The notes: a model not told the origin generated them from the letters alone. Shown: positions 32,069 through 41,530, counted from the first letter of the stretch. The stretch is 52,201 bases of DNA from an uncultured Clostridia bacterium (GCA_947054085.1 CAMRVD010000003.1:1-52201); one strand, 5' to 3'. A program made the numbers and translations.

Positions 32069-32210
32069 AATTTAAATTATAACACCTTAAAAAACTTTTT
32101 ACAACAAAATAAAACATACAAATAAATTGATATTATTGCCAATAAACAATTTATAAATAAATGAAATTAAAAAAGTATATTAATATGTAGAAACTTTAAT
32201 TAAGGCTATA

Positions 32211-32240
32211 AAAAATAGCCCTATTAGAGCTATTTTTATT
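32211..32240 (-). terminator. Probable terminator after the 1.2-kaa orphan gene
   Basis: AAAAATAGC.CT..AG.GCTATTTTT inverted repeat next to the stop codon. Confidence 0.6.
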
Positions 32241-32242
32241 AT

Positions 32243-35200
32243 TTACATTTCCAGACTACTAATTTCGTAAGCTTTTTGTTTATTAATTTTAGCAAGTTCT
32301 TGTTCGTCAATAAGTTTTTGAATTTTTGTTATACGTTTATTTTCTCTTTCTATTTTGCCGGCTTCTCGTTTTTCATCTTTATTTAATAAAGAATTCTTTA
32401 TTGTAAATAATTTCCCACTAAACCTATCAAACAAACTAGGGTTTTCTATACGTTTTTTAAATTTTGCAATCTTTTTATTCGATTTATCAGCAATATTTTG
32501 ATTGTATTCTTTTATTGTTTGATTTTTTAACCAATTGCCATAATCTAAACAATTGTCGCCAATATCTAATATCAAAGCTTCTAAGTTAAGTTTATCGTAC
32601 TTTTCGCCTTTAATTGTACTTGAGCTGTAATCAAACGGTAAATATTTATTGGACGAATCTTTAACTTTACCTTTTAAATATTCCATTATTTTGCCAAAGG
32701 TTTGTGAACTTTTTACTTGATTTATATTACTTTTTTCGGTTATCCCAAATAATGCACAAAGATGTGCAGCTTCTCCTTTTTTAGTATCGTTAAAAGTATA
32801 AGCATCATTATTAGGGTTTGTTGTTGTTAAAACACTAAGAGTTCCCGCTACGTAATTGGCAATATTGTCTTTATTGAAAAATTTATTAGACAAAGCATTA
32901 ATCGAGTTTGTAACTACATTTCCGTAAGTAGTTTCGCCTTGTTTTATAGCCTCTGCAATTTGACCTTGAACTTTAGCTTTATTATCAGCTTTTTCCTTAT
33001 ACGTAGATAGTTCATCTCCTAGTTTTTCTGCAAAATTTTTGTAACCTATTTCGGATTTTGCATCTTTAAAACTCATTTTAGGAGCATCTATAAATGGATC
33101 TTTTGGTTTTGTGGTTGTGTAAAAATCGTATATTTTATCTACTGCATCATCCAAAGAAATTTGATTATCTTCGCTTGTTTTTTCTGTAATCTTTAAGTCG
33201 TCTATAAATTTTAGATCGTTATCTAAGACTGCATTTTTAATACAAAGCTTTGCAGCCTCCGGGGTAAATATGGTGGTCATTTCTTTAACAATAGCACCAC
33301 CCTTGTTACTTTCAAATTCGTCCCAAGATTTATTAGTAGTTTCTATTTTAGAGTTAATAATGTTAACAATTTCCTTATTAACATCTTCTGGAGATAATAC
33401 TATAAAGTCTTTTTCTCCTTTTAATGATATATTAGTTTCTACAATTTTTGTAATATCTTTTTCTTTATCTTTATTGTAAAAATCTGTTATAGATTTTACA
33501 CCATCTTTTATTAAGATTAATGATTCTTTCTTTTTATCTTCTGGTAAATTTTCGATAATTTCGTCAGAAAGCTCTAATTGATTTTTTACAAACTCGACAA
33601 TAGCATTGTTAATAACATTGTTATCAATAAACATACTAATATCATTGTCTACATAAGCTCGGTCGTTTTTGTGTTTTTCTTTAAAAGATGCAATAATATG
33701 CCTAAAACTAAAGTTGTTTTGTAGCCTTTCTGGCTTAAATTGACTATCTAAATTATTAAATGTATTTCTAGCTTCTTCTACTTGCTTTTTGTCTGCAGTA
33801 TTTTTGTCTACTAATTCCTTAACTCCACTATTAACCGCATTTAAAATTTCCGATGCGTTATAATTTTTAGTTCCCTCTAATGTTACATTTGGTATTTGTT
33901 TGTAATCGGCTGTTTCTTTGCTACCAAATTTGCCAAAAACATCGTAACTTCTTTTTACATTTATTTTATTGTTTATAAAGTTTTCAACCGACTTTGTAAA
34001 ATCGTCTGGTCTACGTTGATTAATTATATCTAATAGTTGCTTTGCTTCATTTTCTGCAGCATTTTTTTGCAATTTAATTACAGGTTCTCTTTTTTCTAAA
34101 TCTAATTTATTCCAACTTTCTAACAAGCCTATATCAGATACTAGGCCTTTATTTAAAGCATCGTTTAGATTGTAAGTATCATCTGCTAGGTTTAAAGTAA
34201 TAAAATTTTGTATATATTTTTTTACTAACTCGTCGGTTACATACTTATTTTCTTTTCCATCAACCTTTTTAAGGTTAGATTTTAAATTATCTAAAGCCTG
34301 CCATCCTGCATTTACCTGTGTTTGATCTTCTAGCTTTTGGTCGATAGTATCTATTAAGCTGTTGTAGTCGGACTGAGCATACTCTATATTTTTGTTTGAT
34401 TTATAGGTTTTAACATTATTTTCCAGCTTTTTAATTTCGCTAAATATTTTTTGTTTTGTTTTTCCGTCAGGCACTTTACCGTCTTTATACGCACCGTCAA
34501 GTAGACTCGCTAAGCTATTAACATTACTATTTATACCAAGGAGTGTATCATAATGAACATCCGAGCCGTTTTTTATTTCCTTTTTAGAAGATCTATTAAT
34601 ACCTATAGTATCGTAAATACTATCTAATATTAGCTCTTTACGTTGATGAGAATTTTCAAAATTAAACTGCCAATCGTTTTTACCACTCCAAAGGTCGTCA
34701 CCTTTAATTAATTTTTCAGTTTTGGATTTAACTTCGTTAGGGTGGTAAGAATCTTCGTCTTTTTTGCCGTCTGGTTGTTTATCTTTTTCCGTTGTAACCT
34801 TGTCTTTTTTGTCGCCGTCAGATGTATTTTCCTTTTCGTTTGGATTATTTGGTTCTGAATTTTCGTTTGTATTTTCGGTTTCTGCCTCGTAACCAACATT
34901 AATCCAATCGTTTTGCATCTCGGCAGCACCCTCTTCTAGTGCACGGATTGCTTCGGCATTTTTAGCCTCGTACGAATTTGTCATAGCATTATAATTATAA
35001 AGTTCTTTGCGGTTCTGTTTTTCTAGTTCGCGAGCCTTAGCTTTATGCTTCTTGCTTCCCTTAACCTTTTCGTCTCCGTCTATAATAGCTTTAGCTTTAT
35101 TTATTACATTATCTAATTTTTTAAATAAAATTCCACCGAATTTTCTTGCACCTTTATAAAGTGCATAAGTGCCAGCCACACCTATAGTCACAAGACCAAG

Positions 35201-35827
35201 CGAGCCTGTTGCAGCAAGACCTGCAATTCCGCCAAGTACAGACAAAACTGCAATCGCCGGAGAGGCAACAACAGAAACTGCAGCTACAGCCACAATACCT
35301 TTACCAATATATCCTAAATTACGATTTGCTTTTTGCCTACGGTTAATTTTAGCACTCTCTTTATATTCGGCAGCAGAAATCTTTACATTTTCGCGAGATG
35401 CTTCTACATTATTTTCGTGCTCTATTTTATATTTGTTATATTCGCTGGCTAAAATAGATGGATCATTAGATAATATATCCATACACTCTTCGCCCTTACC
35501 AGTAATGGTTTTGGCATTTTGGTAAGCATCTTGAAGTTCCTTAGTGGTTGGTTCACCAGTGTAATCAAGAACTAAATGATTTTTTTTAATAGCTGTTATA
35601 ATGTCCGAAATTTTAACCTTGCCATCTTTATTTGGTTTAAATAATTTTTTTTGTACGCCTTTTTTATAGGCATTAATAAACTTATAGACGATAGCATAGT
35701 CGTCTGCAGATTTCAATATATTAGATTTTACCTGCGGTTTAGATTCGGGCTTTGATTCAGGTTTAGGAGCTTCTTTAGAATCATCTTCTTCCCCTAGGGG
35801 TTTTTCCTTTTTATCTTCTTCAGCCAT
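32243..35827 (-). CDS. Large hypothetical protein with one long hydrophobic hairpin and charged helical regions
   Basis: About 1194-codon ORF; likely start MAEEDKK after GAGGTG; own TTGCAA-17-TATAAT promoter; no recognisable domain. Confidence 0.8.
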   Translation of the reverse strand: MAEEDKKEKPLGEEDDSKEAPKPESKPESKPQVKSNILKSADDYAIVYKFINAYKKGVQKKLFKPNKDGKVKISDIITAIKKNHLVLDYTGEPTTKELQDAYQNAKTITGKGEECMDILSNDPSILASEYNKYKIEHENNVEASRENVKISAAEYKESAKINRRQKANRNLGYIGKGIVAVAAVSVVASPAIAVLSVLGGIAGLAATGSLGLVTIGVAGTYALYKGARKFGGILFKKLDNVINKAKAIIDGDEKVKGSKKHKAKARELEKQNRKELYNYNAMTNSYEAKNAEAIRALEEGAAEMQNDWINVGYEAETENTNENSEPNNPNEKENTSDGDKKDKVTTEKDKQPDGKKDEDSYHPNEVKSKTEKLIKGDDLWSGKNDWQFNFENSHQRKELILDSIYDTIGINRSSKKEIKNGSDVHYDTLLGINSNVNSLASLLDGAYKDGKVPDGKTKQKIFSEIKKLENNVKTYKSNKNIEYAQSDYNSLIDTIDQKLEDQTQVNAGWQALDNLKSNLKKVDGKENKYVTDELVKKYIQNFITLNLADDTYNLNDALNKGLVSDIGLLESWNKLDLEKREPVIKLQKNAAENEAKQLLDIINQRRPDDFTKSVENFINNKINVKRSYDVFGKFGSKETADYKQIPNVTLEGTKNYNASEILNAVNSGVKELVDKNTADKKQVEEARNTFNNLDSQFKPERLQNNFSFRHIIASFKEKHKNDRAYVDNDISMFIDNNVINNAIVEFVKNQLELSDEIIENLPEDKKKESLILIKDGVKSITDFYNKDKEKDITKIVETNISLKGEKDFIVLSPEDVNKEIVNIINSKIETTNKSWDEFESNKGGAIVKEMTTIFTPEAAKLCIKNAVLDNDLKFIDDLKITEKTSEDNQISLDDAVDKIYDFYTTTKPKDPFIDAPKMSFKDAKSEIGYKNFAEKLGDELSTYKEKADNKAKVQGQIAEAIKQGETTYGNVVTNSINALSNKFFNKDNIANYVAGTLSVLTTTNPNNDAYTFNDTKKGEAAHLCALFGITEKSNINQVKSSQTFGKIMEYLKGKVKDSSNKYLPFDYSSSTIKGEKYDKLNLEALILDIGDNCLDYGNWLKNQTIKEYNQNIADKSNKKIAKFKKRIENPSLFDRFSGKLFTIKNSLLNKDEKREAGKIERENKRITKIQKLIDEQELAKINKQKAYEISSLEM

Positions 35828-36057
35828 AACGCACCTCTTAAGACTAATTATTTTATAGCACAATTATACACTAACCTACTTATATTTGCAATACCTAAAG
35901 ATAAAAAAGTTTGCTTAAGCAATAGTATTATAAATTTTATATTAAGTACCTACTTATCTTTTATTTGCAATCAAAAATCCCAAACATATAGAGGTATGTT
36001 ATTAAAAGGCTTAACACTTACACTCCACCAACGGCAACAATTAGATGAAGAATAAAG

Positions 36058-36216
36058 AAAAACAGGCTAGGAGCTTACTACTCGCGGAGTCCCCTCAAAG
36101 TACTACTTTGTGGTTAAAAGGAAAACAAACACATAAAACTAAAAGCCACTTTAAAATTTTTTAAAGTGGCTAAAACTGTTGTGTTTGTTTGACGATAGTG
36201 ACGTCGTCTGCTTTTT
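36058..36216 (+). repeat. Composite: family A hairpin with a family B element (36081-36195) in its apical loop
   Basis: AAAAACAGGCTAGGA...GACGTCGTCTGCTTTT matches copy 4; the interior matches 29747-29862 inverted. Confidence 0.7.
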
Positions 36217-36247
36217 AGATATATTAGCGAAAACTATAAACAATAAT

Positions 36248-36372
36248 AAAAGGCAGAATTTGGCGTAATACGAGTGCTCGGCAAGTTTTAACGACGCGAT
36301 TTTACTTAAACGTAAATGAGCGAAGCTAAAGCTTGCCAGTAAAGCGAAGTATTACGCTAAATTCTGCCTTTT
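36248..36372 (+). repeat. Intergenic hairpin element, family A copy 5 (long form), abutting the secA stop
   Basis: 24-bp stem AAAAGGCAGAATTTGGCGTAATAC/GTATTACGCTAAATTCTGCCTTTT, GAGTGC..GCGAA internal loop, core CGA-TTTTAC-TTAAAC-GTAAAT-GAG. Confidence 0.8.
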
Positions 36373-39082
36373 ATTTCCCGCAGCAGTTTTTATACTTCTT
36401 CCCCGACCCACAAGGACACAAGTCATTACGCCCAACTGTTGTGGATTTTACTACAGTTTTAGGTTTTTGTTCCTCTTTTTTACCGGAAGTTGATGTTCTT
36501 AAATTTGCATTTGGAGTGGTTGATTTTTTTAAGCCAGAGTTTATTATATTTTTACGCTCGATAGTGATAATAGGCAAAGATAATAATATTTTTGCAACCT
36601 CTTCGCGTACCGAAGATATCATTTGGTCGAACATGTCGCCACCCTCGGCTTGGTAAACGATAACTGGATTTTTGTTACCATACCCACGAAGTCCAATGCC
36701 CATTTTTAAGTTGTCCATATCGTCGATATGTTCTATCCAACGCTTATCTAGATTATTTAAAAATACGTCGCGTTCGAACTGAGCAATATTAAGCCCGTTT
36801 TCGGTATTTTTAGCATATCTACTTTCGTATTTGCTTATAGCACGCGATTTAACAAGTTCCACCAGTTCTCGCTCGGAATATCTATTTAAAGTATCTGCAG
36901 TAATTAAGTTTGTTCCCGGTTCTAGTAAAAATTGCTCTAATTTTTTATTAAACTCGTCTATTGGTGCAGTTTCCGGGTCGTCGTAATCCAGCTCTGCAAC
37001 AGTTTCTTCGGCAAAGTCAGCAATCATTTCTAGTATTTTATCATGAATATCTTCGCCATTTAGTATTTTTTCACGCTCGGTGTAAACTTCGGCTCTTTGT
37101 TGATTTAAAACATTATCAAATTCAATTACATTTTTACGGGCCGAATAGTTAAAGCCCTCTACCTTTTTTTGTGCGGTCTCTACGTTATGCGAAAACAGTC
37201 GCCAGTTAATAGACATATCTTCGTCTACTTTAAAGATTTGTGCCATGCGTTTTAGCCTATCCGAGCCAAAAACACGCGATAAGTCGTCATCCGCGGATAT
37301 ATAGAATATAGAGCTACCGTTATCACCTTGCCTACCAGACCTACCCCTAAGCTGATTGTCTATACGCCTGCTTTCGTGACGTTCTGTACCAATAATCTTA
37401 AGTCCACCAAGAGCTATAACTTCTTGTTTTTCCTCGTCGGTTATAGCGGTAAATTTTTCTAGAGCTTTGGTGTATTCTTTTCGTGCTTCCTCCTCTATCT
37501 CGTTAGAAGTTGGAAAAAACGAACTTGCTATTTCTATAACTTCGTCCTCGTAGCCTTTCTTTTTAAGCTCTTGCTTTGCCATAAACTCGGGGTTTCCTCC
37601 AAGAAGAATATCTGTACCACGACCCGCCATGTTGGTAGCAATGGTTACCGAGCCAAGCTTACCGGCTTGAGCTATAATTTCCGCTTCCTTTAAGTGGTTT
37701 TTGGCGTTAAGCACATTATGAGGTATCCTTAGTTTTTTAAGTTCGTGACTAAGTTCCTCACTTTTTTCTACTGTAATTGTACCAACTAGTACAGGCTGAC
37801 GGCGATTATAGCAATCCTCTATATCTTTGCAAACAGCTTTAATTTTTGCCTCGTGACTAAAGTAAAAACTGTCGTTATAATCTATACGTTTTACTGGTTT
37901 ATTGCTAGGAATACTTACAACATCCAGCCCATAAATTTCTTTAAATTCGCTTTCTTCGGTTTTGGCAGTACCTGTCATTCCAGCAAGCTTAGAATACAAT
38001 TTAAAAAAGTTTTGAAGGGTTATTGTAGCCTGAGTTTTATTTTCTTCGTTAATTTTAACGCCCTCTTTTGCTTCGATAGCTTGATGCAAGCCGTCAGAAT
38101 ACCTTCTGCCCACCATAACGCGGCCAGTAAACTCGTCTACAATTAAAACTTCGCCGTCACGGACAATATAATCGTTGTCCTTTTTCATCATAAACCTAGC
38201 ACGAATGGCGTTATTTATGTTATGGTTTATAGCAAGGTTTTCTATATCTGATAAGTTGTCTATTTTATAAAAATTTTCGGCCTTAGTAATGCCAGTTTCC
38301 GATAGGTTTATAGACTTTTTTTGTTCGTCTATTTCTACATCGGTTTTAAGCAGTTTACTTGCAAAATTGCACGCTACTGTGTATTGGTCGCTACTCTCCC
38401 CTGTTGGACCGCTAATAATAAGGGGAGTACGAGCTTCGTCTATTAAAACGCTGTCTACCTCGTCTATAATGCAATAGGTAAGTCCACGCATAAACTGGTA
38501 CTTTTTAGATGGTGCCATGTTGTCACGCAAATAGTCAAAACCAAACTCGCTACTTGTACCATAAACAATATCGCAATTATATGCAGCGGCTTTTTCTTGT
38601 GGGTTTTGATTGCTATAAACAACACCTACAGTTAAGCCTAAGTACCTATGAATTTTACCCATCCACTCGGTATCACGTTTAGCTAGATATTCGTTTACAG
38701 TAACAATGTGTACACTTTTTCCGCTTAATGCATTTAAGTAAGCAGGAAGAGTACTTACCAATGTTTTACCTTCGCCCGTTTTCATTTCGGCAATACGACC
38801 TTGATGAAGAACTATGCCTCCTAAAAGTTGAACATGAAAATGCTTCTTTTTAAGCACACGGTATCCAGCTTCACGAACAACCGCAAAAGCATCAGGAAGT
38901 ATATCATCCAATGTTTCGCCGTTGCTTAGCCTTTGTTTTAAAACGTTGGTTTGATTTTTAAGTTCTTCTTCCGATAAAGCCGAATATTTTTCGTCCAATG
39001 CCTCTATTTTTGCAGCTATTTTCTCTAGTTTTTTTATTGCTTTATTATTGTCGTAATTTGCAAGTAATTTAAATAATCCCAT
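36371..39082 (-). CDS. secA: Preprotein translocase ATPase SecA
   Basis: EMKTGEGKT, IDEVDSVLIDEARTPLIISG, SEC-C GRNDLCPCGSGKKYKNCC. Confidence 0.99.
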   Translation of the reverse strand: MGLFKLLANYDNNKAIKKLEKIAAKIEALDEKYSALSEEELKNQTNVLKQRLSNGETLDDILPDAFAVVREAGYRVLKKKHFHVQLLGGIVLHQGRIAEMKTGEGKTLVSTLPAYLNALSGKSVHIVTVNEYLAKRDTEWMGKIHRYLGLTVGVVYSNQNPQEKAAAYNCDIVYGTSSEFGFDYLRDNMAPSKKYQFMRGLTYCIIDEVDSVLIDEARTPLIISGPTGESSDQYTVACNFASKLLKTDVEIDEQKKSINLSETGITKAENFYKIDNLSDIENLAINHNINNAIRARFMMKKDNDYIVRDGEVLIVDEFTGRVMVGRRYSDGLHQAIEAKEGVKINEENKTQATITLQNFFKLYSKLAGMTGTAKTEESEFKEIYGLDVVSIPSNKPVKRIDYNDSFYFSHEAKIKAVCKDIEDCYNRRQPVLVGTITVEKSEELSHELKKLRIPHNVLNAKNHLKEAEIIAQAGKLGSVTIATNMAGRGTDILLGGNPEFMAKQELKKKGYEDEVIEIASSFFPTSNEIEEEARKEYTKALEKFTAITDEEKQEVIALGGLKIIGTERHESRRIDNQLRGRSGRQGDNGSSIFYISADDDLSRVFGSDRLKRMAQIFKVDEDMSINWRLFSHNVETAQKKVEGFNYSARKNVIEFDNVLNQQRAEVYTEREKILNGEDIHDKILEMIADFAEETVAELDYDDPETAPIDEFNKKLEQFLLEPGTNLITADTLNRYSERELVELVKSRAISKYESRYAKNTENGLNIAQFERDVFLNNLDKRWIEHIDDMDNLKMGIGLRGYGNKNPVIVYQAEGGDMFDQMISSVREEVAKILLSLPIITIERKNIINSGLKKSTTPNANLRTSTSGKKEEQKPKTVVKSTTVGRNDLCPCGSGKKYKNCCGK

Positions 39083-39199
39083 GATTGTCCCTTAATTTGT
39101 AAATTTTAATTATTATAACTTAATTTATAAAGTTTGTAAATCAATATGCTTTTAAGTTGGTTTATATTAGTCAAAAATTGTATATATTTTTAGCGAATA

Positions 39200-39916
39200 C
39201 TATATTTTTATTGGCGATTTTGCAAGCGTTAAACCATAAATATTTTTAGCTCCGGCATTCTTAAGCACTTTTGCACATGCAGACAAAGTACTGCCAGTTG
39301 TAAAAACATCATCTATAACCAAAATGGTACGATTTTTTACAAGCCACTTATCTATAATTTCAAAGGTATCCACCAAATTTTTTAGCCGAGCCTCGCGACC
39401 TAGATCCTTTTGCTGTGGAGTTTGTTTATTTTTTAAAAGAATATCGCTATAAACTTTGCCAGTAAGAGAACAAAACTCCTTAGCAATTTCGGCAGCATGA
39501 TTATAACCGCGTTTTTTAATACTAGTTATATGCGACGGAACTGGGCAAACCAAATCCACATCCCAATTTAAGGTTACATATTTGTCGTACAGAATTTTTG
39601 CAAATTTTTTTGCCAAATATTTTGCACCATTATTTTTAAATTTTAAAATTGCTCCAGAGGTTTGCTTATTGTAGTTAAAAACAGAGCTGTTTTGAGTAAA
39701 TATTCTATTTACATCCTTACATTCCACACAAACATCACAATTATCTTCCAAGTGTTCGCCGCAGATTTTACAATATTTTGGTTTTATATAATATTGTTTG
39801 CAACTATTGCATATGTTCCCATCTAAACTTTCGTTATTGCAAACAGGACAATAGCAACTTGGAAACAACACATCTTCGCCAAGGTTAATTAGATTGGTTA
39901 ATTTTAAAAGTTTCAT
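39200..39916 (-). CDS. comF: ComF family protein (zinc ribbon plus PRTase-like domain)
   Basis: Multiple CxxC, RGYNHA, VIDDVFTTGSTL; upstream of secA. Confidence 0.9.
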   Translation of the reverse strand: MKLLKLTNLINLGEDVLFPSCYCPVCNNESLDGNICNSCKQYYIKPKYCKICGEHLEDNCDVCVECKDVNRIFTQNSSVFNYNKQTSGAILKFKNNGAKYLAKKFAKILYDKYVTLNWDVDLVCPVPSHITSIKKRGYNHAAEIAKEFCSLTGKVYSDILLKNKQTPQQKDLGREARLKNLVDTFEIIDKWLVKNRTILVIDDVFTTGSTLSACAKVLKNAGAKNIYGLTLAKSPIKI

Positions 39917-39917
39917 A

Positions 39918-40136
39918 TTATAGGCATAGCTCGTCTAAAGTAATATCAAAAAATCGAGCAAGTTTTAAAATTACCGATAAAGTTGGTTCTTTGTTACCAT
40001 TTTCGTATTCGCTTATTGCAGAGCGAGCAATACCAATAGAACTTGCAACCTGTGCCTGCGAATATTTTTTTCCCTGCTTATTATTCCCTGATCGTAAAAG
40101 TTTAAGATTACTGCTAAATTTTAGTTGACTTACCAT
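39918..40136 (-). CDS. XRE-family HTH regulator
   Basis: SQAQVASSIGIARSAISEYENGNKEPT..LARFFDITLDEL; likely start 40136. Confidence 0.88.
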   Translation of the reverse strand: MVSQLKFSSNLKLLRSGNNKQGKKYSQAQVASSIGIARSAISEYENGNKEPTLSVILKLARFFDITLDELCL

Positions 40137-40246
40137 AACGAATTCCTTAGTATTTAAATATATATTAGACAATTTTTTATTAAAAAGCAATAAAAATTTA
40201 ATCAGTAACATATATTTTACTATTTGCCTAATATACAAGGAAAATT

Positions 40247-41026
40247 ATGATAAATTATACTTTAGCAACATTTATGGACTGGCTTACCGAAAATTTACAA
40301 GCATTTGGGCCAGGTAAAGGGCTATTTTGCACTACCCATATAGTACTTATGGTGCTTCTTGGAATATGGGGGATTGCTTTTATATTTATAGCAAAAAAGT
40401 ACCCTAAATTTGCGGCTAAGTTTGGAGCAATCCTTGCAATAACCATGTCGACTTTACGAATAATCCGAATGATTATACAAGTAGCGTCTGGTAAATACAC
40501 TTTTGTAGAAGCTCTGCCTTGGCATTTGTGCCATATAATGTGCTTTGCACTAACAATTATTTACTTTATAAAATCTACAAGGTTTAGTTTGCCGGTATTG
40601 TTTTTGTCGGTGCTTGGCGGTGTGATGACCTTTATATTTGGCGATTACTACTACACAAATGTACTTACCTTTTATATGATCGAAAGCATCATTTTGCACT
40701 TCTGCTTGGTTGCTGTTGTTATATGTTATATTGCAAGCAAAAAGCCAAAGTACAATTGGGTAAGTGTACTAGAAGTCCCAATCTTTTTGGCAGTATTGTG
40801 TGGCTGGGCAAGCATTGGAAATGCAATATTTCCAGAACGCAATTTTATGTATTTAAAACAAAACGGCTTGCCTTTTAATTTGTTTGGCACTGCTCACTTT
40901 ATGTGGACATATCTAATAGTAGCAATTATTGTTGTGTCAGTAGTATTTGGTGTATATTTTTTAGTAAGATATTTAAAAAAGATGCATAATAGCAAACAAA
41001 AAAACATAAATAATATTGAAAAATAG
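40247..41026 (+). CDS. YwaF/TMEM164-like integral membrane protein
   Basis: LPWHLC and NFMYL motifs, about 7 TM helices. Confidence 0.75.
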   Translation: MINYTLATFMDWLTENLQAFGPGKGLFCTTHIVLMVLLGIWGIAFIFIAKKYPKFAAKFGAILAITMSTLRIIRMIIQVASGKYTFVEALPWHLCHIMCFALTIIYFIKSTRFSLPVLFLSVLGGVMTFIFGDYYYTNVLTFYMIESIILHFCLVAVVICYIASKKPKYNWVSVLEVPIFLAVLCGWASIGNAIFPERNFMYLKQNGLPFNLFGTAHFMWTYLIVAIIVVSVVFGVYFLVRYLKKMHNSKQKNINNIEK

Positions 41027-41066
41027 TTTTTATTATGCTAAACTAATTCTATAAGGAAGGATAAAG

Positions 41067-41501
41067 ATGTTAAAGATAATAGAATATTGTTTATATGGTT
41101 TGGTTGGTTTTATAGTACTGCTAACTATACTGGTTTCTTGCATAAAAGCTGCTAAAAGGCGTAAGGAAAAAAAGGATCAAGCATCTAGAGAAGTTGATGG
41201 CGTTGTAATAAAGCGTAATGTTCGTTATAGCGAAGATGCTACAATTGTAGATACCGACGGCGAACAAAATGTTAGTTATGTAAAGGACGATATTATATTA
41301 AGCCCACGAAAGATGGTAACCGTTAGCGCCAAAGGCGACTTAAAGCCTGGTAAATGGACAGTACTTAGTGCTTATGGTAACGAAGATACCTTTAATATCC
41401 GCATTGGCTTGTATGTAAAAGAATATAAACACGGTCAAGAGATTATTCTTGCCGAAGGCGACGAAATCTGCCCTACTAGCACAACGATAATTTTAAGATA
41501 A
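41067..41501 (+). CDS. Hypothetical membrane-anchored protein
   Basis: N-terminal TM, basic patch, beta-rich soluble domain; AAGGA RBS. Confidence 0.7.
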   Translation: MLKIIEYCLYGLVGFIVLLTILVSCIKAAKRRKEKKDQASREVDGVVIKRNVRYSEDATIVDTDGEQNVSYVKDDIILSPRKMVTVSAKGDLKPGKWTVLSAYGNEDTFNIRIGLYVKEYKHGQEIILAEGDEICPTSTTIILR

Positions 41502-41530
41502 TTAAAAATGTAAACCATAAAGAAAAAAAG

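Noticed and set aside
35997-36056. 19-codon ORF MLLKGLTLTLHQRQQLDEE upstream of the composite hairpin
   Set aside because: The GAGGT abuts the ATG with no spacing, and equivalent ORFs are absent before the other hairpin copies.
30977-39082. Arginine-codon reassignment (CGG, AGG, CGA) as known in some low-GC Bacillota
   Set aside because: CGG encodes the conserved Arg in prfB RRHTSF, AGG the conserved Args in secA LRGRSGRQG, and CGA the Arg in rpoA LSVRS; the standard code fits.
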